Of a stretch of DNA of 64,000 nucleotides, positions 12,115 to 25,600 are shown one piece after another. Positions within the stretch are counted from its first letter, which is position 1. Each line of letters starts with the position of its first letter. Source of the stretch: Isurus oxyrinchus (Eukaryota); the NCBI GenBank assembly GCA_026770705.1, contig JANJGN010000009.1, positions 163,928,001 through 163,992,000 of the forward strand, given 5' to 3'. The notes under the pieces are model-generated. The model worked only from the letters and a program-made list of their open reading frames with translations, did not search any database and was not told the origin of the DNA. A program made the position numbers and the translations under genes.

Positions 12115-15100
12115 TCAGCTCAGAACAGACACTGCGACGCATCAGGGTAAAGGAAAGTTACCTGGATTCTTTGTGCCAGGAGGCAATCACAGCTCTTAGG
12201 ACAGGGTGAGTGTGACTGCGAGTGCGGCAGGTAAAGGGACCCAGAGGGCAGGAGCGCAGGAGCCTCAGCCTTTACAATTGTTCTACAGGTCTGAACTTTT
12301 CTCAGCTTGTTTGGACAAGAGCAGCGGGTGAGCAGGGGGGATGAGCGAACTGACCTTGGCACCATGGCACAGGAAGCCATCCAAGTGGGGGGAGCAAACA
12401 GGAATGTAGCGGGAGTGAGGGATAGTATAGTCAGAGGGATTGACACTGTTCTCTGCAGCAAACAGCGTGAGTCCACACGACCATGTTGCCTGCCCGGTGC
12501 CAGGGTGTGGGATGTCGGCTCAGGGCTGGAGAGGAACTTGCATTGGGAGGGGGAGCACCCAGTCATCGTGGTCCATGTAAGCACCAACGACATAGGCAGC
12601 ACAGAGAAGGAGATTCTGCACAATCAGTGTGAGGAACGAGGCACCAGATTAAGAAGGAGAACCTCAAAGGTCATAACCGATGGATTATTACCTGAGCCAT
12701 GTGCAAATTGGCACAGGACAAATCAGACTCAGGAGGTGATTGTGGCTCAAAGGCTGGTGTGGAAGAAGTGGGTTCTGGTTTGTAGGGCACAAGAACCAGT
12801 ACTGGGGAAAGTGGGATCTGTACCATTGGGATGGTCTACACCTGAACCGTGCTGGGACCAGTGTTCTTGCAAGCCACATAACTAGGGAGGTAGAGAGGGT
12901 TTTAAACTAAATAGTGGACAACAGATCATATTTGGGATAATGTTGTAATTCAAGGAGCAGAAACAAGTCAAAAGATAAAGGTATTATTAGGAAAAATGAA
13001 AAACAGACACTGACAAGGGGGGATAGAGAGAACAAATCTAACAGTAAATCAACAGATGAAACTGAAGGGTATAAAAAGCATAAAAGGATAAAACTAAAAG
13101 CTCTGTATCTGAATGCATGTAGCATTCAAAACAAAACAGATGAACTGAGAGCGCACATAGAAATAAATAATTACAATTTGATAGCCATTACGGAGACATG
13201 GCTGCAGGAGGACATGGATTGGGATGTGAATATTGAAGGGTACAGGGTACTTAGGAAAGACAGGAAGCGAGGAAAAGGTGTAGCGGTGGCTCTGTTAGTG
13301 AATGATGGTATTAGTACAAGAGAGGAAGAAATAATTGGAGCTTGTCAGAAAGTCATGGTGATAATCATGGGAGACTTTAATTTACATATAGACTGGAAAA
13401 GTCAGATGGGCAAAGATAGCCTAACAGAGGAGTACATTGAATGTTTTCAAGATAGTTTCTGAGCGCGGGATGTTCTGGATTCAGCCAGACAGCAGGCTAT
13501 ACTAGACCTATTACTGTGCAATGAGATGGGAGGAATTAACGATCTCATCATGAAGATGCCCCTAGGAAACAATGACCATAATAGGATGAATTTTACATTC
13601 AGTTTGTAGGAGAGAGGAGTGGGTCTGAGTCTAAGGCGGGGATTTTTGGGCCCTGCTGCTGGTGGGACTCGCTGTGGGGGAGGCAGTTCCCCAGCCAGAA
13701 GCCCCACTGACTTGCGACAGGACAGGAAGGGCCGGCGAGCGGGTGTGGAAAATCCCACTGTAAGTTTTTAAACTTTAATAAGGGCAATTATAAGGACATG
13801 AAAGCTGGGATGGCTAAAGTGAATTGGCAAAATAGGTTAAGGTACAGGTCAATCGAAATGCAATGGCTCATATTTAAGGGGATATTTCAGAATGCACATT
13901 CCAACGAGTAAGAAAAAGTCTAAGTGACGGACACACCATCCGTGGTTAACTTGAATGTTTAAACATAATATCAAACTCAAAGGAAAAGTATATAATTCTG
14001 CAAAGACAGGTGGCAGGTCAGAAGATTGGACAGAATAAAAGGAACAGCAAAGAATGACTAAAAGACTAATAAGAAGGGAAAATTTAGTTTATGAGAGAAA
14101 GGTAGCCAGGAATCTAACAACAGATAGGAAGAGTTTTTATAAGTACGTAAAAAAGAAAAGAGTGAACAAAGTGTGTGCTGGTCCTATAGAAGGTGAGCCT
14201 GGAGAATTGATAATGGAAAACAAGGAGATGGTAGATGAATTGAACAGGCATTTTGCACCAGTCATATTGAAAATGTTAGAAGCTATTATTAAAGAAATTA
14301 TAGCAGGACACTTGGATAAGCTCATGGTCATCAGGCAGAATCAACATGGTTTTGTGAAAGGGAAATCTGTTCAACCAGTTTTTTGGAGTTCTTTGAGGAA
14401 GTAACATGTGCTGTGGATAAAGGGGATCTGGTGGATGTACTGTACTGAGGTTTCTAGAAGGCATTTCATAAGTTATTGTGGAAAATAAAAGCTCATGGTA
14501 TAGGGGGTCACATACTGGTATGGATAGAAAATTGTCTGGCTAACAAGAAACAGAGAGTAGGCATGAATGAGTCTTTTTTAGTTTGGCAAGATATAAGAGT
14601 GTTGTGGCACAGGGATCATTGCTGGGACCTCAACAGTTTGCACTTAATATCAACGACTTGGATGAAGGGTTTGAAGGGATGGTTTCTGAATTTGCTGATG
14701 ACACAAAAATAGGTAGAAAGTAAGTTGTGAGGGGGACATAAGGAGGCTACAAAAAGATATAGATAGGTTTAGACAGTGGGCACTGATCTGGAAAATGGAG
14801 TATAATGTGGGAAAATGTAAAATTGTCCATTTTGGCAGGAAGAATAAAAGAGAAGCATGTTATCTTAATGGTGAGAGATTGCAGAGCTCTGAGGTGCAGA
14901 GGGATCTGGCTGTCCTAGTGCATGAATCACAAAAGGTTAGTATGGAGATACCGCAAGTAATTAGGAAAGCTGATAGAATGATTTCATTTATTGTGAGGGA
15001 GATTGAATTCAAAAGTAGGGAAGTTATTCTTCATCTGCATAGGGCACTAGTGAGACCACATTTGGAGGACTCTGTACAGTATTGGTCACATTATTAAAGG

Positions 15101-15440
15101 AAGGATGTAAATGCATTGGAAGCAGTTCAGAGAAGGTTTACCAGGCTAATACCAGGAATGGGTGGATTGTCTAATGAGGAAACGTTGGACAGACTAGGCT
15201 TCTATCTGCTGGAGTTTAGAAGAGTAAGAGGCGAATTGATTGAAACATATAAGTTCCTGAGGGGAATTGACAGGGTGAGTGCAGAGAGGATGTTTCCTCT
15301 TGTGGGAAAATGTGGGGTCACCAATTTAGAACAGAGATTAGGTGATTTTTTTTAACTCAGAGGCTCGTGAGTCTTTGGAAATCTCTTCCTGAAAAGGTGG
15401 TGAAGGGGAGTCTTCGAATATTTTTAAGGCAGAGGTGGAG
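12115..15440 (+). mobile_element. Degenerate near-full-length CR1 LINE (SGNH-esterase ORF1, APE, RT)
   Basis: RDSIVRG..CLPGARV.DV..PVIVVHVSTNDI (ORF1); IAITETWL..IIMGDFN (APE); QHGFVKGKS, FADDTK, KCKIVHFG, LVRPHLE, AVQRRFTRLIPG (RT); stops, deletions and a small MITE at about 13635-13760. Confidence 0.93.
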
Positions 15441-15582
15441 TGGCACAAATCAGCAGTAACTTGTGGCATTTCACGATTCATTGGCTTTTCTCTTCATCGC
15501 CAAAAGTTGCTGACTGATTTTCACATTAAAAGAGGTGTTCGTAGTTCATACCCCATTATATTTTCAGTAAGTTCTAGCCCAT

Positions 15583-16185
15583 TGTTATAGAATTGATTTT
15601 CCAGGCAACTTTTCTGGGTGGAAACATTGAACTTTATTTACAAGACAGCAGCAGCAGCTACATGTGTGTATCTAACTCTATAACTAAAGGACAACTCCCC
15701 CATGGAGGTTCCCCATGCTGCAAACTGGTTGGATCACACAGATCATGTTCTCTTCCCAGAAAGGATTATTCTTAATGTTACAGTCCTACATTGATCAAAA
15801 CTATAATTATTACATTCCTCACCCTTTACCTTTTCTGTACATTTGTATTTACAAGGATGTTGATCTCATGACATTAAAATACTTCCACAGGTCATGAAAT
15901 TATAAGCTTGGTCTTTCAAGTGGTTTCCTGATCCATGTGGAACGTTTTAGTTTCACGACCTCAGATTCTCTGACAGGAACCACAGTCTCTGCAATAACAT
16001 CAGGTACCTCATTAGGCACAGGCAGATCAGTGTCGTCCACTCCGACAGAGACATCGGGCATGACTATCCTTGGCTGTACAATTTTAACAGGAACCACAGA
16101 TTCAACAATGGCTACAATTGGAACATCATTTTGTGGGGTATCTCCATTCTTTTTAAATCAATCAGATGCTAATGGGTGATCTACA
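15583..16185 (-). mobile_element. Gypsy-type LTR retrotransposon relic (pol C-terminus, PPT, 3' LTR)
   Basis: Minus ORF ends LKRSTWIRKPLERPSL*; polypurine AAAGGGTGAGGAA abuts an LTR starting TGTAA (15814) and ending TAACA (15583) with internal AATAAA; duplicated at about 57290-57885. Confidence 0.7.
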
Positions 16186-16329
16186 AAGATAAGCAAATAA
16201 AACCAAAATGTTAAGAAATCTCTGTATTCAATTTGACAACTAAATTTCAGAAATGAAAAAAATACTTCTGTTCCTGTGGGGTTTGTGGAAATTGGGAGGG
16301 GGTTCCTGTTCTAACTCACCTCACAATTC

Positions 16330-16540
16330 AGTATAAATACTAGCTCAGCTCATCATTATCCATATGTTCTAACTTTTTAACATTCTGGTTTTCAGGATTT
16401 TATATCCTCAATGAAAATTAGATTTGTTCTTTTGTTAAATATAACTGACAGAAGTTCACGTTCTTAGGGCCAGATTTCATCAGATGCCTTAATATGGCTT
16501 CATGACCTGGCTTCCTGCTATCTTCTTCCTCATTTAAATT
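16330..16540 (+). promoter_or_regulatory. Putative proximal promoter of gene A: TATA-like GTATAAATA and ETS/PU.1-like GGAA motifs
   Basis: gtataaata at about 16331; cttcctg at 16511 and tcttcttcctcattt at 16521-16535 (minus strand AAATGAGGAAG); retained in copy B at about 58030-58240. Motif match only. Confidence 0.3.
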
Positions 16541-16635
16541 CCTTGCATCATTTATATTAGACACTTATTTCAATGTGAGAAACAAGAGCTGAGTGTCTGG
16601 AAACAAGTTCTGTCCTGATCTTTGTGAACAAAACG

Positions 16636-16672
16636 ATGTGGATTTTGATTCTCCTCATTAGTTCTCTGCCCG
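16636..16672 (+). CDS. Gene A exon 1, signal peptide MWILILLISSLP
   Basis: ATG followed by a hydrophobic leader, then G|gtgagt (consensus donor, phase 1); identical in copy B. Confidence 0.9.
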
Positions 16673-19600
16673 GTGAGTGACAGCCAGACCTGGATATTCC
16701 AATAATCTGAGTTGGTTTAACTCTCGTGCGCTGGTTATACAGCAGATGTTTAAATATTTGGAGACATGCAAAGGCACAAAAGAGGTCTTGGGCACAGTGG
16801 GTTGTGTCTCTGTATCTGAGCCAGAAGCTCTGTGTTTGAGTCCCACTTCAGTTCTTGTTGAGAATGGAAGGCGCGTTCTAACCAGGCCCAACAGGTTGAT
16901 TATCAACCTGAAAATCTTCCAACAGACCGAAGGCTGGTGGGAAGAGGGTTTGAGATCCCAGTGCAACATGTTTGATGTGGAGTGGTGCCGCTCATTCTGT
17001 TGCCTCCGGAGGTTGTGACCTGTTTCAGGGAAAACAAGCTTTGGAAAGCAAAAGTAAACATGTGCTTTGTCTGCCGCATCCGTCTCTAGATGTGGGAAGT
17101 CTCCTAAGTCTAAAGGCACAAATTAGTCAGCAAAACCAAATGAATAATAATTGTGAAATATATTATTACCCTGTGAATTTACTATCACACCATGGGAATA
17201 GTTAACAAATAAACTGAACTGCATTATTAATTATGAATGATAAGTAAAGGAGAATTCAATTTTCAGAAATCTATGCAAGCAACATTTTGAAAATGAAAAC
17301 CTGTTTTAATTGGTAATTTTCAATATAATCTGATGTCCAGTATACACTGAAAACTGCAGCGGTAATAATCCCACAAATAAAACATGTCCCAAGTTGGCGA
17401 ATATTTCTGTTTTTTAAAGTACAGTTGATGAAATATTGTGTTATGAGGCTCTCTCAGTGACACTGTTCCTCACTGGTAGATGGTTGGTCTACATCACTCT
17501 TCTCATAAGTAGCCTTTTCTTGTTCATTCTTTAACTTTAAGAAACTTGATTTTCCTCATCACTCAGTATTGCCACCTCTCCATCATTTTCAATGAATCTA
17601 TTTTATAACACACAATGTTAAACTCCCAGCCCCATCTGCTCTAAGCCACTACTTTAACTTCCGCAAAATATTTTGTGCCTCTAGCTTATCAATTTTATGC
17701 AGAATACTTGATGTACTTATGGACAGGAAACTGAATCATGTTTCTGTCGGTTTGGCAATCTTCTTCTTTTCAATCCTTCCTCTTTCTGATCTGATCTCTT
17801 TCCCATTTGCTTTTCAACTGTAACTTTTCCTGTATCTTTTTCCTTTTCTTCACTTCTCTCTAGCCATTTAATTATTTTCAATCTCTCTTTTGTTATTTTA
17901 GTGCAAACTCTTTCTCCACAGCATGAGTTTCTCTCCCAGCAAGGCCATTGGTCTCATGAACGTTCAAGTCAAGGCATCCAAATCCCTACCTCAGGAATCC
18001 ATCCATCCTTCAAGGCCACCTATCACACAACCTCTCAAACCTTCAAGGCCTTCAAATCCTACCTATGGACATCCCTAACTCATTCAAGATCTGAACACCC
18101 CCTCCTGCAAGGACCCAAGCATCCCCCGCACCCCACCCACCTCAGATCAGAGCAGGGAACTGTCGGCTCCTGTGACCCCCTCCACACTGCTCCCCAACCA
18201 ACTGCAAATCAGGCCTGTCAATCAGACTGGTTTCTGGAACCTCTTGATGATGTCATACGCAGTCTGGGGTTAAACCCTACAGTATGGGGCAGAACCTCAA
18301 TTTCCAGGTTCCCCACACTCTACCAACCCCTGCCAATAAGTCAAGAAAATGCCCCAAATATCTCCCAAATAAATCATTGTCTGAGACGCGCTTTGGAACA
18401 CAGTGAGGCTCTGATAAGTGTCTATATGAATGATTACTCTCATCACAAACTTGATGGAATTTAACTCATTAAAATGCATCTGTTTGAATTAAGCAGTTAT
18501 TTCCAGTTCAGTTTCTCAAATGTTGTCTCCTCAGTTTCAGGTGCATTGTGGGCAAAAAAAGAAGTAACAGGAGTTGTGGGAAGAGCGATCACAATAGAAT
18601 GTCACTATGATGCACGTTACAAGTCACATATAAAATATTGGTGTTGCGGCTGGAGTCGCCAGTGTAATATTTTAGTATTGAAAAATCAGCAAAATGGAAG
18701 AATATCGATCACAGATAACAAGGCAACAGGAATATTTATTGTTACTATGGTGGATCTTCACTCAAGAGATACAGGATGGTACAGCTGTGGTATTGACAAA
18801 CCTGGCCTCCTCGATTCAATGTTTGCTGTGTGGCTACAAATATCTTACGGTACATTTCTTACTGATTTTCTTTATTATTCTCAACTGAAATGTCTGCTCA
18901 ATGTTTTATCTGAGAGGAAACATGACAGCTCCGATATCCCGAGGCTCCACAGCAATGCAGAGACTTAAAGGTAAAGGGCAGAGGTCGGGAAATCCAACTC
19001 ATGTTACCCAAACCCAATTCATGGCCTGTCAAACATGTCAGAGTTGAACTTTACAAGTGAACTAAACGGAAATTGAGAAGTTGTTTTGATGGTAAAAGAA
19101 GCCTCTTTATTAATTGTTGAGACATTGGGCTGGATATTCAGCCTCAAAGCGGGTAGGGGCAATTCGGAAAATTCCCCGCTCGGCCTTGGAAGAAAGTGCC
19201 CACAAAGGTGGGATTTCCATTGCTGGGAGCTGTGCCCAGGCTGCAGTCTGGCCAGCCACACCAGGAAGAAATGCAGAGGCAGCCACAGGGACTGCCGGCT
19301 GCGGAGACGGGCTGTTTCAAAGGCCCCTCCTTAATGCCCTTGGACTTTGTAACAGCTAAACTCAAAACACAAAGGCCCTTCACCCCTCACCCCCCACAGC
19401 CCACAAAGAGGGTGGGTATAAGGGGAAAATTTGTCATGAGAGTTCTTGGAGGTGGGTGGAAGTGTACAGCTTGAAGTCAGGAGCATGATGGATTATAAGG
19501 CGTGGGTAAAGGGACATAGGGGGCATTAACGGCCAAACGTGATGGATGAGGATGTGACTTGACATAGGGGGCATGAGATGGACCTTTTGAACTTAGCTCT

Positions 19601-22600
19601 TAAAAGGTCCCCTCATGCAAACCAGTGTTTACAGCTCCTCTGAGGGGCTTTGGACTACGACTCATTCAAAACCTGGCCCGAGTCCATGAAAATTGCAGAG
19701 GAGTAGGACGTGTCTGTCTCCACAATGGAGGCAGCCAGGTTGGAGTGTAAAAAACAAAAATACAAACAAAAAACTGCGGATGCTGGAAATCCAAAACAAA
19801 AAGTAAGAAATACCTGGAAAATCTCAGCAGGTCTGGCAGCATCGGCGGAGAAGAGCACAGTTGATGTTTCGAGTCCTGATGACCCTTCAACAGAACTAAG
19901 TGAAAAGAAGAGAGGGGTGAAATATAAGCTTGTCTAAGGGGTGGGGGTGGGGGTGCGGGTGGATAGAGAAGTGGGGAGGTGGTTGTTGGGACAAGCAAGC
20001 AGTGATAGGAGGAGATAACCAAAAGATGTCACAGACAAAAGAACAAAGAGGTGTTGAAGGTGGTGATATTATCTAAAAGAATGTGCTAATTAAGAACGTA
20101 TAGCAAGACAAGCAAGGTACAGATAGGTCATGTGGGGGTGGGGTGAAATAAGACTAAAAGGGCATAAAATGTATAGATAAATGATCAGTGGAATACATTA
20201 AAAATATTGCAAATAGGTGGGAAAAGAAAAATCTATATAAATTATTGGAAAAAAGAAAAAGGATGGGGAAGAAATGGAAAGGGGGTGGGAATGGAGGAGG
20301 GAGTTCAAGATCTAAAATTGTTGATCTCAATATTCAGTCCAGAAGGCTGTAAAGTGCCTAGTCGGAAGATGAGGTGTTGTTCCTCCAGTTTGCGTTGAGC
20401 TTCACTGGAACATTGCAGCAGGCCAAGGAACAGACATGTGGGCAAGAGAGCAGGGTGGAGTGTTGAAATGGCAAGCGACAGGGAGGTTTGGGTCATTCTT
20501 GCGGACAGACCGCAGGTGTTCTGCAAAACAATCACCCAGTCTGCGTTTGGTCTTTCCAATGTAGAGGAAACTGCATTGGGAGCAACGAATGCAGTAGACT
20601 AAGTTGGGGGAAATGCAAGCGAAATGCTGCTTCACTTGAAAGGAATGTTTGGGCCCTTGGACGGTGAGGAGAGAGGAATTGAAGGGGCAGGTGTTGCATC
20701 TTTTGCGTGGGCATGGGGAGTTGCCATAGGTGGGGGTTGAGGAGTAGAGGGTGATGGAGGAGTGGACCAGAGTGTCCCAGAGGGAACGATCCCTATGGAA
20801 TGCCACCGGGGTGGTGAAGGGAAGATGTGTTTGGTGGTGGCTTCATGCTGGAGTTGGCGGAAATGGTGGAGGATGATCCTTTGAATGCGGAGGCTGGTGG
20901 GGTGATAAGTGAGGACAAGGGGGACCTTATCATGTTTCTGGGAGGGAGGAGAAGGCGTGAGGGTGGATGCGCGGTAGATGGGCCGGACACGGTTGAGAGC
21001 CCTGTCAACGACCGTGGGTGGAAAACCTCAGTTAAGGAAGAAGGAGGACATGTCAGAGGAACTGTTTTTGAAGGTAGCATCATTGGAACAGATGCGACGA
21101 AGGCGAAGGAACTGAGAGAATGGGATGGAGTCCTTACAGGAAGCGGGGTGTGAGGAGCTGTAGTCGAGGTAGCTGTGGGAGTCGGTGGGTTTGTAATGGA
21201 TATTGGTGGACAGTCTATCACCAGAGATTGAGACACAGAGGTCAAGGAAGGGAAGGGAAGTGTCAGAGATGGACCATTTGAAAATGATGGAGGGGTGGAG
21301 ATTGGAAGCAAAATTAATAAATTTTTCCAGGTCCAAACGAGAGCATGAAGCAGCACCGAAGTAATCATCAATGTACCAGAGAAAGAGTTGTGGGAGTGGG
21401 CCGGAATAGGACTGGAACAAGGAATGTTCCACATACCCCATAAAGGGACAGGGGCTCATGTGGGTACCCTTAGTCACACCTTTTATTTGGAGGAAGTGAG
21501 AGGAGTTAAAGGAGAAATTGTTCAGTGTGAGAACAAGTTCAGCCAGACGGAGGAGAGTAGTGGTGGATGGGGATTGTTCGGGCCTCTGTTCGAGGAAAAA
21601 GCTAAGGGCCCTCAGACCATCCTGGTGGGGGATGGAGGTGTAGAGGGATTGGATGTCCATGGTGAAGAGGAAACAGTTGGGGGCAGGGAACTGGAAATTG
21701 TTGATGTGACGTAAGGTGTCAGAGGAATCACGGATGTAGGTGGGAAGGGACTGGACAAGGGCAGAGAAAAAGGATTCAAGATAACGAGAAATGAGTTCCG
21801 TGGGGCAGGAACAGGCTGACACGATCAGTCTGCCGGGACAGTTCTGTTTGTGGATTTTGGGTAGGAGGTAGAAGCGGGCCGTCCGAGGTTGGGCGACTAT
21901 CAGGTTGGAAGCTGTGGGAGGAAGATCCCCAGAGGGGATGAGGTCAGTGACAGTCCTGGAAACAATGGCTTGATGTTCAGTGATGGGGTCATGGTCCATG
22001 GAGAGGTCGGAGGAAGTGTCTGCGAATTGACGCTCAGCCTCTGTGAGGTAGAGGCCAGTGCGCCAGACAACAACAGCACCACCCTTGACAGCGGGTTTGA
22101 TGACAATGTTGGGGTTGGATCTGAGGGAACGGAGTGCAGTAAGTCACAAAACAACTGTTTGCTGAAATGCTAAACAAAGATAAATATTGAGATAAAAGCA
22201 AAGAACTGCGGATGCTGGAAATGCAAACCAAAGACAGAAATAGAAATATCTGGAAAAACTCAGCAGGTCTGGCAGCATCGGTGGAGAAGAGCACAGTTGA
22301 TGTTTCGAGTCCTCATGACCCTTCAACAGAACTAAGTAACAATAGGAAAGGGGTGAAATATAAGCTGGTTTAAGAGGAAGGTGGGTGCGTTGTTGGGACA
22401 AGAAGCCAGTAATAGGTGGAGATAACCAAAAGATGTCACAGACAAAAGAACAAAGAGGTGTTGAAGGTGGTGATATTTTCTAAAGGAATGTGCTAATTAA
22501 GGGTAGAAAGCAGGACAAACAAGGTACAGATAGACCTAGTGGGGGTGGGGTGGGGTGAAGGAATACTAAAAATTCTAAAAATTAGAGATTAACAGTGGAT

Positions 22601-25600
22601 GGAAATACATTTAAAAATAATGGAAATAGGCGGGAAAAGAAAACTCTATATAAACTATTGGAAAAAAACAAAAAGTGGAGGAAGAAACGGAAAGGGGATG
22701 GAGATGGCGGTTGGGGCCAGGGAACTGGAAATTGTTGATGTGACGTAAGGTGTCAGAGGAATCACGGATGTAGGTGGGAAGGGACTGGACAAGGGGAGAG
22801 CGAAGGGAGTCAAGATAATGAGAATTGAGTTCCGTGGGGCAGGAAGAGGCTGACACGATCAGTCTGCCGGGACAGTCCTGTTTGTGGATTTTGGGTAGGA
22901 GGTAGAAGCGGGCCGTCCGAGGTTGGGAGACTATCAGGTTGGAAGCTGTGGGAGGAAGATCTCCAGAGGAGATGAGGTCAGTGACAGATCTGGAAGCAAT
23001 GGCTTGATGTTCAGTGGTGGGGTCATGGTCCAGGGAGAGGTAGGAGGAAGTGTCTGCGAGTTGACGCTCAGCCTCCACAAGGTAGAGGTCAGTGCGCCAG
23101 ACAACAACTGCACCACCCTTGTCAGCGGGTTTGATGGCAATGTTGGGGTTAGGCCTGAGAGAATGGAGTGCAGTATGTTCAGAGAGAGACAGGTTAGAAT
23201 GGGTGAGAGGAGCAGAGAAATTGAGACGACTAATGTCACGCCGACAGTTCTCAATGAAAAGATCAAGAGAAGGTAAGAATCCAGAGGGAGGGGTCCAGGT
23301 GGAGGGAGAATATTGGAGGTGGGTAAAAGGATCCGTTGAATGGGGAGAGGACTCCTGCCCAAAGAAGTGAGCCCGGAGACGAAGACGGTGGAAGAAGAGT
23401 TCAGCATCATGCCGAGCCCGAAATTCATTGAGGTGAGGACGTAAGGGTATGAAACTAAGTCCTTTGCTGAGCACTGAACGTTCAGCATCAGAGAGGGGAA
23501 GGTCAGGGTGTATAGTGAATACCCGACCGGGGCTGGGATTGGAAGATGGGGTGGGGACAGAGGGACAGGCAGGGTTGGAGGGTCCTGGATGTGTGTTGGT
23601 ATCACTGAGTTGTTGCAGCTTGCGTTCCTTAGCACTTGAGAGAAAGAGAAAAGGTTTCTTGTTGAGGCGACGGATGAGACGAAGAATAGAATGAAACTGG
23701 GGGCACGGGCAGCTTTGGAAAGGGGTACGGCGATGCTGCTGGAGGGAGAGGTCGAATGTGTTCATATGGCAGCGCATGGCACTGAGTGTGGATCTCAGAA
23801 TGCAACGGGAACAGTATTCCGAGGAATGTTGTATGTCCCAGAGATACCTGTAATCCTGGGTTGGTTCGAATCCGATGGAATTTCAGTTGAGATCCACATG
23901 GGGTAAGTCGGAGACGGAGACAGTCACTGAGAAAGGAAATATGGCTGTGAAAGCGGGTTTTAGTAAACACCTTGTCAAACACCAGGAGAGAAATGGAAAG
24001 CAATGAAGGTAAATAAGGCAAAAGAGAGATATGAAAATCCTGACGGAGAGTAGTACAAAACTTCTTTAAGGTAGGGATGTCTTGAAGAGAAGTGGCAGTC
24101 AATTAAACACGGATAAAAGCAAAAAACTGCGGATGCTGGAAATTCAAAACAAAAACAGAAACATAAATAGCTGGAAAAACTCAGCAGGTCTGGCAGCATC
24201 AGCGGAAAGAGCACAGTTGATGTTTCGAGTCCTCATGACCCATCAACAGAACTAAGTAAAAATAGGAGAGGGGTGAAATATAAGCTGGTCTAAGGGGTGG
24301 GGGTGGGTGGTGGTGGAGGGAGAAGTTGTTGGGACAAGCAAGCAGTGATAGGAGGAGATAACCAAAAGATGTCACAGACAAATGAACAAAGAGGTGTTGA
24401 AGGTGGTGATATTATCCAAAAGATTGTGCTAATTAAGGATGGGTAGCAGGACAAGCAAGGTATATGGTGGCATCATGCTGCAGTTGGAGGCGGAAATGGC
24501 GGAGAATGATCCTTTAGTGCGGAGGCTGGTGGAGTGATAAGTGAGGACAAGGGAGACCTCTTCATGTTTCTGGGAGACTTGCTGCCTTCTTCCAGTGAAG
24601 CTCAATGCAAACCGGAGGAACAGCACGTCATCTTCCGACTAGGCACTTTAGAGCCATTGGGACTGAATATTAAGTTCAACAATTTTAGATCATAAACTCC
24701 CTCCTCCATCCCCACCCCCTTTCTGTTTCTTCTCCCTCCTTTTTCCTTTTTCCAATACTTTATATAGATTTTTCTTTTCCCACCTATTTCCATTATTTTT
24801 AATGTATTGCACCGATCATTTATCTATACCTTTTAAGCCCTTTAAGTCTTATTTCACCCCACCCCCACTAGAGCTATCTGTACCTTGATTGTCCTGCTAT
24901 CCATTCTTAATTAGCACATTCTTTTAGATGATGTCACCACATTCAACACCTCTTTGTTCTTTTGTCTGTGACATCTTTGGGTTATCGCCTCCTATCACTG
25001 CTTGCTTGTCCCAACAACTACCGCCGACTTCTCTCTCCACCGCCCCCCCCGCCCCCCGACCCATTAGACCAGCTTATATTTCACCCCTTTCCTATTTTTA
25101 CTTCGTTCTGTTGAAGGGTCATAAGGACTCTAAATGTCAACTGTGCTCTTCTCTGCCGATGCTGCCAGACCTGCTGAGTTTTTCCAGGTTGGGGAGTTCT
25201 GGGTGTGGCTTTTGAATGATCCAGCCTGTATCCTTTAAAGCTGCTCCCAAAATCACACAACCCAGGAACGCAGTTGGGAATCCCAGAATTAGGACACACC
25301 CGCCATTTTTAAAGGGCTCCTGAATCAACCCAAGTTGGTGAAATCCAGGCCGTCACTTTGGTCTGAAGGCTGCACAAAGCACAGGGTAGAGGTCCTGGAC
25401 TGAGACACCTGCCTTTATCTTGTACAGAAAGTGTTCACATGTGAGTGACATGAACATTGCTCATCAAAACAAGGAGCGATAGGCAGGGAGACATTCTTTG
25501 GAGTTTATTGACAATAATGAACAGTATGTACAAGTGATTAACACCCGTGCCCAGGACGTGCAACTGGCCTAAATAGCCAAGTGGTTATGGTACTGGGTTT

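Noticed and set aside
15937-16179. Ser/Thr-rich + strand ORF as a mucin stalk exon
   Set aside because: It lies upstream of the signal-peptide exon and is the antisense reading of a Gypsy pol C-terminus.
18850-19130. Recombination signal sequences or J segments next to the V exons (rearranging receptor)
   Set aside because: The V exon is complete through the G strand and ends in a splice donor; no heptamer-spacer-nonamer seen at its 3' end.
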